From: an uncultured virus (IMG/VR IMGVR_UViG_2061766007_003022)
Taxonomy: Duplodnaviria > Heunggongvirae > Uroviricota > Caudoviricetes
Virus record (IMG/VR): IMGVR_UViG_2061766007_003022
DNA: 63,895 nt
Reading direction: 5' to 3' (one strand)
A program made the position numbers and the translations under genes. Under the pieces are notes generated by a model. The model saw nothing but the letters and a program-made list of their open reading frames with translations. It had not been told where the DNA came from and made no database searches. Below, piece by piece: positions 29,520 through 40,665 of the stretch (within the stretch, counting starts at the first letter, position 1; each line of letters begins with the position of its first letter).

Positions 29520-30676
29520 TTCCCGAAGTACATGCACTTCCTGGCGTAGCCCGCCTTCTCGTTGCAGTACGTCATGAACAGGCGGCCGTCATCTCCATAC
29601 AGGAGTTCCAGGACAGCAGTGCCTGCATTCCTTACCATCATGGTACTTATGTCCATCGGAAGCTCGATGGACTTTTCCGTATCCATCATCTTTACGCCGG
29701 TCATGGTGATTACTCCCTCGTAGCGGTCGCCGTTGGAATACTTGATTTCAACGGTCTTCTCGTCCAACGGGGTAAGGGTAACAGGGGCAGTCGGGTCACG
29801 GTAGTTGAGCCCGTAAATCATGTCGATTGTAGCGGCCATGCCCAACGTATCGAACTTCATGTAGGACTTCATGCCGTCACTTGTTCCAGTACGGAGATTT
29901 GCCAGGTTAAACTTGTAGGTGAACCCGTAGAGCTTTCCCTGCGACCGGATAGTGCCGTGGGTCCAGTCGAACTCCATCGTACAGGCGGAGGACGTCTCCA
30001 CAAGCGGGATGAGCTTGAATATGCACAGTGGTACGGAAACCTCGAAGTCACCCAGCCTTCCCTCCTCGATGAACGATTCCATCTTGGTACTTGCCGGTAG
30101 CGTCGCGATGGTGACCCGGTCATCACCGGTGCGGAACGAGAGCGTCCCGTCCTTCCTAATAATCTCCATGCAGTCGAACGTGTAGACGCTGTCGATAATC
30201 GATGCCATCACTGTCTGTTCAATCTTGATGCTGTCCTGCAGCAGGAACTCTTCCTCGGTAGCATCGAACGGCTCGAGCAGCGGGAGGCTGGCCTCGGACT
30301 CAAACCCCTGGAACGACTCGTTGAATGACGAGCCGACATAGAGCCTGCCGTCGGCAACCCACATGGCGACCAGCCCGTCCTTTACTCCCTTGTCGCAGAA
30401 CACGTACAGGTCACGGAGGTTGACGTAGGCGTCGCTGTCTAGGCACTTGGACTTCAGGGTGGAGTCAATCAACACGCTTACACCCTTCGACGTGGTGAGC
30501 TTCATGTAGACCAGGCCCTCTTCCTCGTTCTCGAACGTCTCGACATGCACCTTCACGTCGTCGGACTCGCACGAGAACCCGATGAAGGACATCGCCTCGC
30601 GGAAACCGGTAACAGTATTGAACATCACCAGGCTGGGACCGGTGGACTCTGCTTCTGTAGATACTTCTTCGGACAT
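29516..30676 (-). CDS. 386-aa possible DnaN/beta-clamp-like protein (second copy)
   Basis: Highly similar to 15335..16495. Confidence 0.4.
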   Translation of the reverse strand: MSEEVSTEAESTGPSLVMFNTVTGFREAMSFIGFSCESDDVKVHVETFENEEEGLVYMKLTTSKGVSVLIDSTLKSKCLDSDAYVNLRDLYVFCDKGVKDGLVAMWVADGRLYVGSSFNESFQGFESEASLPLLEPFDATEEEFLLQDSIKIEQTVMASIIDSVYTFDCMEIIRKDGTLSFRTGDDRVTIATLPASTKMESFIEEGRLGDFEVSVPLCIFKLIPLVETSSACTMEFDWTHGTIRSQGKLYGFTYKFNLANLRTGTSDGMKSYMKFDTLGMAATIDMIYGLNYRDPTAPVTLTPLDEKTVEIKYSNGDRYEGVITMTGVKMMDTEKSIELPMDISTMMVRNAGTAVLELLYGDDGRLFMTYCNEKAGYARKCMYFGN

Positions 30677-30824
30677 ATATTTTCCTCTCTTACAAGGGGA
30701 AAACTAAATCAAAAAGGCAGCNNNNNNNNNNNNNNNNNNNNNNNNNNNNNNNNNNNNNNNNNNNNNNNNNNNNNNNNNNNNNNNNNNNNNNNNNNNNNNN
30801 NNNNNNNNNNNNNNNNNNNNNNNN

Positions 30825-32233
30825 GGGGTCCGTATTCCCGTTGCCCACCATGTCGTTGGCCTGGTCCATCATGCCCTCGGTGTCGTTGAATCCGCCGAAG
30901 CCGCTGAAGTCCATCGTGGAGTTCATGTCGAGTCCCTGGCCGACACCGGTCTGGTCATCTGCCGGGAACGTCATGGCTGCGGTTTCCTTGGACACGTCGC
31001 TCATCGCGGTACCGTCGGTGTTGTAGACATCCGGGAACCACTTGCCGAGGTCGGTCTTGAACTTGGTGATGTCAATCTTGCCACCCTCGAGGGCATGGGC
31101 AAACTGCTGCAGACCCTTCTTGGGGAGGGCGGTGTCGAGCGCCTTGTAGTCGTCGAACGACAGGAATTGCTCGAGGATTTCTTCAGGAATCATGTTCTTG
31201 ACACCCGGGAAGCCCTCGTACCACTCGTTGGCAGACGGCTTCACGCCGCCAGCCTGATTGTCGTTGACGTAGTTGATTGCATCGGATACAATCTGCGCCA
31301 TGTTGTCCCATGCCGCCTGGGAAAGGCCGGAACCATTTTCCGGGTCGCTCGGGATACAGAATTCGCGGAACTCAATCATGGCCTCGCCCTTTCCGTTACC
31401 GTCGGTCACGCCGTTGACCTCACCGGCATTCTGCGGAGGTGCACTTTCTCCACCCTCAGCGCTACCGGCTGTATCGCCACCGGCAGGGGCAGAAANNNNN
31501 NNNNNNNNNNNNNNNNNNNNNNNNNNNNNNNNNNNNNNNNTGCTCCGCCGGCATTAGGGTCCTCGAACTCGAACATGGCGACTGCCTCGTTGCATACGTT
31601 GAGCAGCTTGTGGAGACGCCAGTCGACGGACTCGTACGCGGTGATGTTGTTGGTATCGGAATTGGCAATTCCCAGTGTATCGTTGAAGTTGTCCTTCATG
31701 GACGGGATGGCACCTACACCGTAGAGCATCTCGTTGAGGTCTTCGGGCTCGCTGTCCTGCTTGATGAGGTTCCTTGCACTCTCACGGATTGACTGGGCGA
31801 AGTTTCCCTTGAACTGGTCGGAATCGAGCGGCACTTCATAGAGCATGGTCGCACCGCCCTGTAGCGAAAGCTCGACACTGATGTTGCCGTTCTTGTTGGG
31901 ATACTTCAGGTTGAGGGTCACGGGGGTGCCGTCGCAGTTGAACGAGCCNNNNNNNNNNNNNNNNNNNNNNNGCATCGGGGAATAAGAGGTACTGGATGTT
32001 GCCTCGGTCATTACCTTCACCCCGATATCGCGGAGAGACAGGTAGTTCTTCTTCATCTCGAGGTTCCTGTTCTTGTAGGTCCTGTGGTCGACCTTCTCCT
32101 TGGTCTGGTCCCCCACGGGAGCCAGGGTGCCCTTCATCATGTCGACGGTTGTCGTACGGGCCGGGACTACCGGTCCACTCTTGGTAGTGACGTACTGGAA
32201 CGTCTTGGTGAAATCTGCTAGCGATACAGCCAC
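30825..32233 (-). CDS. acidic hypothetical late protein (gapped copy of 16581..18098)
   Basis: Same N-terminus MAVSLxDFTKTFQYVTTKSGP. Confidence 0.75.
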
Positions 32234-32278
32234 TGGGAACCTCGATTCTGTCGATTTTCCAGTAGTTTATATCGGTGG

Positions 32279-33427
32279 CTACTTCATGTGCAGAGTGCTC
32301 CACGCGGCATACAGCGGGAGGTCCCTTGGCTTGACCATGCTCTGCGAACATTTCTCGTACATCTCGGCATATTCCCTAGGGTGGGCAGTCTTGATATCGT
32401 TCACCGCCTTCTCGATACCGGTCTTGCCAAATGCAGCCTCGGCAATCCTGTTCAGCTCGGTGGTGAAGTCCATCACGCTACCGGTTTCGTCAATGCACCT
32501 AGAAAGGAACGAAACAGCATCCTCTCCCGGTTTCGGCGCGTTCTGGACCTTGTTGGCTGCTCCATGGTCAATGAAGAATTGGTATAGGTAATCGTACGGT
32601 ATGCCCTTGCACCTGGATATGATGTCACCAATTGACTTGTCGTTGCTGAACCAGGGAGCTATCCTGTTGTCAATGGCCGGGTCGCTCTGCTGAGGGTTCC
32701 CCGGAGCCCCCTTAGCAGGTTCCGGGGTGGCATCGGTTCCCTTCATGTAGCGGTACTCCGCCTTCTTCTTCTCGAGGCCGGCCTCATCCATGTTCCTGAA
32801 ATTGAACGCATCCTGAATGAACTTGCCGAGCGCCGGGTTCCTGCGTCTCAGGAAGNNNNNNNNNNNNNNNNNNNCGCCGAGCGAAACGAAGCTCGGGTTA
32901 TCTACCGCATCCTTCAGCCATGTACTGGCAGCCCACCGGGCATCGTCCTTGGTAATTTCATCCATGGCCTTTGCCTCGTCGAACGGGATGTTATAGTAGG
33001 AGAAACTCTTCTTTAGGCGGCCGATAAGCGCCCTGTAGTACTTGAACCGGACTGCCTTGTTCGCGGCCTCCATGTTCTTCCTGGCAATTGACTGCTGTTG
33101 CTTAGCGGCGATTTCCGAACGGGTCGGCATCACCTGGTGCTTACGGACCTTGCCCAGGGTCTCCTGGTACTTGCCCGGATGCCTGAGTATGTCCCTACGA
33201 CAAAATTCCTCGTCGAACGGAATGCCGGCACCGGCAGCGTTCGCCTTGAGGAACTTCACTACGGCCTCGGTCTCCTCCGCCGTAAGCGGGCGGTATGTCT
33301 TGGTGCCACCGGTAAGTGCATGTGCGCCTTCCACCAGTGCAGTGACCATAGTTTCCGGGAGGTCCGGGAGGCTACCAATGGCCTCAAGGAGGATGTCTAC
33401 TATTTCTCTATTCATACGGCAGTCCAA
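32279..33427 (-). CDS. hypothetical late protein (382 aa)
   Basis: ATAAACT at 33441-33447; homologue 18150..19286. Confidence 0.75.
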   Translation of the reverse strand: MDCRMNREIVDILLEAIGSLPDLPETMVTALVEGAHALTGGTKTYRPLTAEETEAVVKFLKANAAGAGIPFDEEFCRRDILRHPGKYQETLGKVRKHQVMPTRSEIAAKQQQSIARKNMEAANKAVRFKYYRALIGRLKKSFSYYNIPFDEAKAMDEITKDDARWAASTWLKDAVDNPSFVSLGXXXXXXXFLRRRNPALGKFIQDAFNFRNMDEAGLEKKKAEYRYMKGTDATPEPAKGAPGNPQQSDPAIDNRIAPWFSNDKSIGDIISRCKGIPYDYLYQFFIDHGAANKVQNAPKPGEDAVSFLSRCIDETGSVMDFTTELNRIAEAAFGKTGIEKAVNDIKTAHPREYAEMYEKCSQSMVKPRDLPLYAAWSTLHMK

Positions 33428-33449
33428 TATAGACTACCGTAGTTTATCC

Positions 33450-34334
33450 CTATTCGACGAGTGCTTCGTGGTTGATTTCTCCGCCGTCGCTCTCCATGCC
33501 TGCGACATAGAGGGAAATCGGGTCCTGCGGGTCCGCACCGGCAAGCGACGAGAATGCTTTCAGGGTAATCTTGTCGCGGGTCTCGGTCTTCAGGTGGCGG
33601 ACCTCAATCTCGTAATCGGTCTCGATGCCCTTCAGTATGGTGAAGTACATTGCCGGAATCTTGCGGTACTTGTCCTTCGAACCGGCATAGGCCGAATCAA
33701 TCAGGTCAGCGGCTCCCATGCGGGTGCAGTTCCTCGGGATATCCTCGGTAATCTGCTGTCCGGTACGCCCCTTCATGTAAATCTTGACCTTGGTATGGCT
33801 CAGGACCACGGAAACGAACTGGCATCCCGGCACCAGCTTGAGCTCGTCACAGAACGTCTTCAGGGCATCCTTGTTCATCGAGATTGTGGACAGGCAGTTC
33901 ATGATGTCCTTGTCGCGGTCGGCGGGGACGTGCCTTGCCTTCTTGTCGAACCTTGTCGGGTCGGCACATATGGTGTAGGCTGTGCGGGTTGCCGTGGTGT
34001 CGTTCCCGTTCATGAACTGGAGCATCGGGTAGACGTGACCGTTGGACAGGGTGCGTTCCAGCGCCTGCACGTTACTGTTCGCTGTTCCCGGGTAGCCCAC
34101 GAGCTCGCAGAACTTGATGAACTCCATCATGGATGCGACACAGATTTCCTCCCCGTTGAAGTTGAGGTCGGCCGGCCCAGCCGAAATATGGAGGAATGTT
34201 GCCGGAGTGGGCACGGTAATCCTGCACCTCCCGTTGGCCTTGAACATTACGGTAGCCTTCGACTTGCTTACCATGGTGAGTTTCTTCAGCAGCGTGAAGA
34301 ACTGCGGGCTCATTGTGATTATCTGCGGTTCCAT
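33450..34334 (-). CDS. probable sliding clamp (second copy)
   Basis: Near-identical to 19308..20192. Confidence 0.55.
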   Translation of the reverse strand: MEPQIITMSPQFFTLLKKLTMVSKSKATVMFKANGRCRITVPTPATFLHISAGPADLNFNGEEICVASMMEFIKFCELVGYPGTANSNVQALERTLSNGHVYPMLQFMNGNDTTATRTAYTICADPTRFDKKARHVPADRDKDIMNCLSTISMNKDALKTFCDELKLVPGCQFVSVVLSHTKVKIYMKGRTGQQITEDIPRNCTRMGAADLIDSAYAGSKDKYRKIPAMYFTILKGIETDYEIEVRHLKTETRDKITLKAFSSLAGADPQDPISLYVAGMESDGGEINHEALVE

Positions 34335-34337
34335 AAG

Positions 34338-36371
34338 CTATCCTTTATTGCTCAGTTTCTTTATCTTGCTGTCGCTCAAGTCGACAAACTTCTTTATCCG
34401 TTCAACACCCAGGTTCATCTCGGGAGTACCGGGGCGGACCTCAAACTCTATGCTTCCCCAGCACTCCACCGGTATCTGCATCATCTTGATGCCGTATTTC
34501 CGACATATTGCCGATATGCACGGAACCATCAGCCCGCGGGCATCTCCAAGTATACTGAAATAGGGCATCTTGGCAAGTTCCTGCATGTAATCTCCGCGTA
34601 TGGCGACGAACGGTCCGTCAAGGAACTCCACCCGGTGGCATCCGTACTGGGACTTCAGTCCCTCGACCTTCCGGTACTCCCCGGTTATCTCGCTGTACAG
34701 ACCGTATGACCCGTAGGTCTCAGCACATCCGTCCCATGAACCGTCCGGCAGCAGGTATCCGTATCCGTACGCACCAACCGCGCCGTACTCCTTGGGCACT
34801 GATGCCAGCTTGGCATGGAACATGGGGTCGGTAATGAGTGACGTATTCCCTACGATTACCACCCACGCGGGTATCTTCCCGAACTTGTACTTGTTGAATA
34901 TGGTGAGGGCATTGTTCACTGCACGGGCGAATGACGGCGGTATCTTCCTCCTCCCGAACTGTGTCCAGCAGGATACCCTGAATATACGCTCGTCCTTCGT
35001 GTGGGGATATTCGGTGTATCGCTTTCCACCGCCGCCCATTGCCCCGACAAGGAAAGTTACAATCTGCGGTTCGGACGAATAGCGAATCAGGTCGTTGCGG
35101 TTAAGTGCCAGTGGCTTGTTCTCGCCACCCGTAGTAAGGATATTGCGAATAGCCTTCCTCCTGTCGGCCTCTACCCTGGCGCGTTCCCTGGCCTCTTCCT
35201 TCGCCTTCTTCTTGGCGTCGTCCTTCGCCTCCATGGCCATACGGATGGCCGCCTCCATCTGCTCGACTGGCGACGAGAAGGCTACCGGGGGGACCGACGT
35301 GGCGCTGATACTGAGGGACTTGCGCAATGTGTGCCTCAGCGGCTTGCGCTTCTTGCTATACTTGAAGTCCGCCCCGCTGGCAATGACCTTCTCGACATCC
35401 TCCTTGACCCACCCGACAATATGGTTGCTGGTCTGGCCGAGGGGTATAATCTCCGTCTTGCTCCGCATGGTACGGCACTTGCCGCAAATGAACTTATCCA
35501 CCCACCGGTCGGTCTTGAAGAACTTGTACTTTATCGCCTTCCTGGTATAGTACGGATAAGTCTCGCAGTAGAATTCCCTGGCCAGCTCTTCGTCAAGTAC
35601 CCTGTCCAGGTCCGACTTGCGGTACATCCACTTCTTTCTCCCGTTCTCGAACGTATGCAGTACGGGAGCAATCGCATTCATGTCCTTTAGCATGTCGAAC
35701 TTTGACCTGCTGAACCCGGCATATACTATCGCCAGTTCCTTCTCCATCAGTTCGGGAAGCGGTGTCTTTCGCAGAAACCGCCGAGCCCTGGAATCTATCG
35801 CCCGCAAGACTTCGGCCTTGCTGAATTTCATGTGGCAGTGAGGCTTCCTGGGCATAGGGGTTATCTGCTTCGTGCGCTCCTTCTGTCGGAAGGTGGACAC
35901 CTTGATTCCCATTATCAGTGCGCACATCGTCCGCCGCAGCGGTTCAACCATGCGGACTGCCAGACTGCGCGGGTCCCAGTTCCTGAGAAAGTGGTCGATG
36001 TCCTTACGGTAAATCTTGACATGCCCGTCGTAGTCGGAGACATGCGACCTTATCTTGCCCGTCTTGACTAATTCCCGTATGTTGTCCGGCTTCATGCGCA
36101 GCATATTCATCGCCGCCGCCTGGGAGAACTCGTAGAACGGGTGCAAGTTGTCCGGGGGCATCAACTTGAAGTCGCGCAGAGCCTTCATGGCGTCCGTATT
36201 CCTGAACTCTATGTGGCCCTGCGGGTCATAACGGTAGGGAAGCCCATCGAACACGTGCATGTTCTTGAGCTGCTCGCTTGGAATACGGGTGAACTTTGTA
36301 AGATACGCGTAGTCCACGAACTCGCGCTCGATATCCCTCCCGCGGTATGCCGTGCTGAGTACGTTGGCCAT
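34338..36371 (-). CDS. 677-aa basic protein: tandem Xis/MerR-like winged-HTH repeats plus GT-A-like C-terminal domain
   Basis: Repeats such as SQAAAMNMLRMKPDNIRELVKTGKI...KIYRKDIDHFL; C-terminus FARAVNNAL, GAVGAYG, LPDGSW, VEFLDGPFVA. Confidence 0.65.
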   Translation of the reverse strand: MANVLSTAYRGRDIEREFVDYAYLTKFTRIPSEQLKNMHVFDGLPYRYDPQGHIEFRNTDAMKALRDFKLMPPDNLHPFYEFSQAAAMNMLRMKPDNIRELVKTGKIRSHVSDYDGHVKIYRKDIDHFLRNWDPRSLAVRMVEPLRRTMCALIMGIKVSTFRQKERTKQITPMPRKPHCHMKFSKAEVLRAIDSRARRFLRKTPLPELMEKELAIVYAGFSRSKFDMLKDMNAIAPVLHTFENGRKKWMYRKSDLDRVLDEELAREFYCETYPYYTRKAIKYKFFKTDRWVDKFICGKCRTMRSKTEIIPLGQTSNHIVGWVKEDVEKVIASGADFKYSKKRKPLRHTLRKSLSISATSVPPVAFSSPVEQMEAAIRMAMEAKDDAKKKAKEEARERARVEADRRKAIRNILTTGGENKPLALNRNDLIRYSSEPQIVTFLVGAMGGGGKRYTEYPHTKDERIFRVSCWTQFGRRKIPPSFARAVNNALTIFNKYKFGKIPAWVVIVGNTSLITDPMFHAKLASVPKEYGAVGAYGYGYLLPDGSWDGCAETYGSYGLYSEITGEYRKVEGLKSQYGCHRVEFLDGPFVAIRGDYMQELAKMPYFSILGDARGLMVPCISAICRKYGIKMMQIPVECWGSIEFEVRPGTPEMNLGVERIKKFVDLSDSKIKKLSNKG

Positions 36372-37472
36372 CAGAAGAGAACCTCCGGACGGTTGTTCGG
36401 CTTCGCCCGTCCTTCGCGGAACGCCTTCAGCGCATCGAAACGCTTCCTACTTGCTTCCTTCTTCATGTTCCCGTACTTCATCGTAAAGATGATGCTGGCC
36501 CCTTCCGGGTCCCTCGTGCGGGACTTCAGGAAATTCTCGTCGACATATCCCTCGGAATTCACCGGGAACTCGCCGGACATAACAGCGCCGTTCACGTCCT
36601 TGCTGTGTATGCCTTCCCACGAGAACCACTTGTAGCCCTGGTCGCATGTAGTTCCTGCACGCGCCTTGCGGCCTTCCGGGTCATTGTCCCATAGCACCAC
36701 AATCTTGTCCTTGTTGGCGAGAAGCTGCGGATTCTCGGCAATCACCTCGCCGAAGTGCGGGATGCCACCGATTGCTATCGAATTGCGGATAAAGGTAGAA
36801 TCTATCGTACCCTCGAGAATGTATATGGTCTCGGAGTAGTTGATGAAGTCGATATTGTACGCCCCGCGCTTGACACCGGTGAAGTTCCGGTAGCGGAGAG
36901 GATTGTTCGGGTCAATGGCACGGGCATCGAATTGCCCCCACGCGCCACCGAACTTGTAAAACGGGATTATTATTCTGTTCCTGTACTCGTTTCCCTTGGG
37001 CCGGCCGTACTCGTCATACTTTATGTTGCCTGCCTCGTCCCGGTCGTAGAACTGCTCACCCTGGCGGCACACGAACCATTCCGAGTAAACCTCCTCCCGG
37101 ATTCTCCGGGAACGGCACAGGGCAAGCGCCGCCTGTGCAAGCGGGTCGCTATCGTATATGGACATGAGTTCCCCGTCCTTNNNNNNNNNNTGTGGGTGCA
37201 TCCTTCTTGGGACCACGTTCGTTACCGAAGGCCATGAACAGGAGCCTCTGGTAGGCCTGCTCGTCATGCTCCTTCAGCCACCGGGCGAAGTGCATGCGCT
37301 CGCCGCATTTCCAGCACACGTAGAGCCACGTGTCCGTATAGATGTACGCCTTCTTCTTGTTCGGGAAATTCATGTCCCCGCACTCGGGGTTCGGACAGAC
37401 AAAGTTGTAGAACCCCGGATGTGAGTCATCCAGGGCATACTGCTCGAACTGCTCGTGTATGAACGAGTCGTA
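36371..37472 (-). CDS. DNA primase (second copy, gapped)
   Basis: Zn ribbon, TOPRIM motifs, SKDVNG. Confidence 0.9.
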
Positions 37473-37554
37473 NNNNNNNNNNNNNNNNNNNNNNNNNNNN
37501 NNNNNNNNNNNNNNNNNNNNNNNNNNNNNNNNNNNNNNNNNNNNNNNNNNNNNN

Positions 37555-39187
37555 NGAATGGCAAATCGTCGTCCCCGTCCGTCTCGACGATAGGAGCCGG
37601 ATTAACCTGCTGAGTAGCCGGCTGTGCGAACTGCGTCATCGGCTGCTGCACGGGAGGTGCTGCCGNNNNNNNNNNNNNNNNNNNNNNNNNNNNNNNNNNN
37701 NNNNNNNNNNNNNNNNNNNNNNNNNNNNNNNNNNNNNNNNNNNNNNNNNNNNNNNNNNNNNNNNNNNNNNNNNNNNNNNNNNNNNNNNNNNNNNNNNNNN
37801 NNNNNNNNNNNNNNNNNNNNNNNNNNNNNNNNNNNNNNNNNNNNNNNNNNNNNNNNNNNNNNNNNNNNNNNNNNNNNNNNNNNNNNNNNNNNNNNNNNNN
37901 NNNNNNNNNNNNNNNNNNNNNNNNNNNNNNNNNNNNNNNNNNNNNNNNNNNNNNNNNNNNNNNNNNNNNNNNNNNNNNNNNNNNNNNNNNNNNNNNNNNN
38001 NNNNNNNNNNNNNNNNNNNNNNNNNNNNNNNNNNNNNNNNNNNNNNNNNNNNNNNNNNNNNNNNNNNNNNNNNNNNNNNNNNNNNNNNNNNNNNNNNNNN
38101 NNNNNNNNNNNNACATGCTGATGTTGGCGTTGCTCGGAACCTGCGGGATGTTGTTCTGCGGGACGCCGGGCATGCCGGTAGCGAACGGCTGTGCGGCATA
38201 GTTGGCCGGGGTCTGACCGTAGAGACCCTGCTGGGGCTGCTGGTAGCCCTGGTTCCCGGCACCGCGGGCACCGCCATACTGCTGACGTTCGGCCGCAGCC
38301 TTGGCGCACTCGTCCCAGAACTGGGCGAGGTTGGCCGTAGCCTGTTCCGGGGTCGGAATGTTGTCGTATGCGAAACTCAGGTCATGACACTGGTCGAGGA
38401 TGGCGAGCATCTGGTTCTGGTCGGGCTGGTACATGAGTGCACCGGTAGCCTGGTCCTGGACCATCTGGTAGGCGAGCGGGGTGGAGTCCTTGACGAACGT
38501 GCTGCCGTCATAGGTCGGGGCGCCCTTGCGGCGGCCACCGTAGGACTTCTCGGGGTCCCACTTGCCGGCAATGTAGTAGTCGCGGCCCTGCATCGGGTCG
38601 TACGGGATGAAGTCATCACCGGTATCGACGTTGATTGCGCCAGGTACCTGCTTGGACGGGTCGTGCTTGGCGTTCCAGTTGTCGACCGGCTTNNNNNNNN
38701 NNNNNNNNNNNNNNNNNNNNNNNNNNNNNNNNNNNNNNNNNNNNNNNNNNNNNNNNNNNNNNNNAATGTTCTGCCACCATTCCTCGTCAGCGGTCTGCTG
38801 GAGGTACTTGGTGAGCTGTTCCTTTGTGTTGCCCGGGCGCTTCTTGGCCTCGTTGTAGCGTCCCCATGCATCCTCGCAGTAGGGACAGGTACGGACGTTC
38901 GGATTATTCTTACAGCATTTGTCGTAGAGCACCTTTCCGGTGTCCATGTCACGGATGCGGTGCACGAGAACGCAGGTCGCCGGGTAGGCGTTGAGGTCTC
39001 GTCCCTTCGGGAGCGTACGGATGACGGCGACATATTCCGGGTTGTCCTTGGTGACAACCGGGCGCCACATGCGTTCGTCCTTGTTGGCTGAGCGGTTTGC
39101 ACCCGGTGCTGCCGAGGGTGCTGCGGGGGCGGTAACAGAAAGCATACCGCCATTTGCTTGCATAGTGTTCGGTGTGATGTTGTTCAT
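37555..39187 (-). CDS. single-stranded DNA-binding protein (T4 gp32-like) with long Gln/Pro-rich linker
   Basis: DERMWRP, AVIRTLP, CPYCE, YDPMQGRD, TYDGSTF; acidic tail DGDDDLPF. Confidence 0.85.
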
Positions 39188-39234
39188 AGCAGATAGGCCC
39201 CTTCAAAGCCTTGTTCATTTTACCGGTTAACATA

Positions 39235-39269
39235 AACCGATAGCCGTTTAGCATGCCCGGCTAACGGTT
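39235..39269 (-). promoter_or_regulatory. stem-loop in the SSB 5' leader
   Basis: AACCG(T)TAGCCG - 11-nt loop - CGGCTA(T)CGGTT, between the promoter motif (39277-39288) and ATG 39187. Confidence 0.6.
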
Positions 39270-39314
39270 CACGAATAAATATAGCAAATTGTGATGTCAA
39301 AAAGTGCCACTGGG

Positions 39315-39977
39315 CTACTTTTTTTCTTCTTTCAGGTGCGGAATTGCAATTTTCGGGGCAGTTTCCATGCCGATGAGCTGCATTTTCTCCGCCTTTTCCA
39401 GGGAAGCCTCGACCAGCTGGTCGAAATCGTCCGGAATCTTGTAGTCTTCCTTGCCGAATTCCTTCTCCAGCTCCGCGGCGCACTCGGACAGGATGTCCTC
39501 GAACTTCCAGTCGATGCACTTTTGGGTGGTGTTGTCGATGATGCATGCCTCCACGAACCTGCGGGATACCTCGTCATGGGACAGCTCCACCTCTGTGATG
39601 TTCGGGTTGAAGTCATCGTCGATATGGCGGACGTTCTCGTTCTTCTCGTCCTGCACGGTGAGAATCTTGTCTGCCTCGGCATCGCTCATGTATTCCGAGT
39701 CGGTGACGTCCTCCGAATCGCGCTCGAATTCCGGGGCTCGCATCATGTAGTCCTTGCCTAGCATCGGGTTGTGGTGCTCCTCCCGGAGCTTCGTGAGCCA
39801 ATTCTTGGCCTTCTCCGTGACGACAAGCTGGTTGTGTCCGGCAGCCTCCAGGTCGCCGTTCACTATAAGCGCCGTCTGGGACTTGATTTCCTCCTCCCGT
39901 CCGGCGAACCGCTTCTCGAACTCCTCGTTCTCCTCGCGGAGAGTGTCCGCGTATTTGGGAAACTTGAACCTAGCCAT
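39315..39977 (-). CDS. acidic hypothetical protein
   Basis: Intact 220-aa ORF with phage-like codon usage, overlapping the upstream gene. Confidence 0.75.
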   Translation of the reverse strand: MARFKFPKYADTLREENEEFEKRFAGREEEIKSQTALIVNGDLEAAGHNQLVVTEKAKNWLTKLREEHHNPMLGKDYMMRAPEFERDSEDVTDSEYMSDAEADKILTVQDEKNENVRHIDDDFNPNITEVELSHDEVSRRFVEACIIDNTTQKCIDWKFEDILSECAAELEKEFGKEDYKIPDDFDQLVEASLEKAEKMQLIGMETAPKIAIPHLKEEKK

Positions 39978-40631
39978 TGTTCAGGGTCCTCAGCATCATG
40001 CTATCAAGCTGCGCGAGGTCGATTTCCTCGTCATCGGGCTCGACAGCGGGTACGTCGTCGACCACCCGGGCGACCTTGCCCTGTCCAAGGCACAGCGAGC
40101 ATTCCTCTCCGTCCACCTCGCCGGTACCGTGACATTCCGGACACTCGACAATGTCGGCAGAATCCTTGTCGCCCCTAGTAGTTCCCGGGTGCTTCGCCAC
40201 ATAATCGAGCTCGTCGTCGGAAATACGTATGCCCCTTTCCTCGGCAACCTTCTGCTTGATGTCGTTGTCGAGCACCGCACTGAGCTNNNNNNNNNNNNNN
40301 NNNNNNNNNNNNNNNNNNNNNNNNNNNNNNNNNNNNNNNNNNNNNNNNNNNNNNNNNNNNNNNNNNNNNNNNNNNNNNNNNNNNNNNNNNNNNNNNNNNN
40401 NNNNNNNNNNNNNNNGGCCTTCTTCAGGTAGTTGTCGGGCATCTTCAGGGTGATACAGATGTCACCGGGAAACCTCGGCTTCTTCAGGAACTCGTCAATC
40501 TCGTGGGCGATGTCCTTGTCGCCCAGTTTGCTGTTCTTGCCTGAGGTGTCTATATCGTCCTCGCGGTTTACGCCGTCAGTTTCCTGCGGGTCGCCGTCGA
40601 ATTTCTCCTCTTCGTCGATTGTGTATGCCAT
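39970..40631 (-). CDS. hypothetical protein with DnaJ-type zinc finger (gapped)
   Basis: CPECHGTG...CSLCLGQG. Confidence 0.65.
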
Positions 40632-40665
40632 AGTAATACCGTATGGGTCAAATCCATACGGAAAA

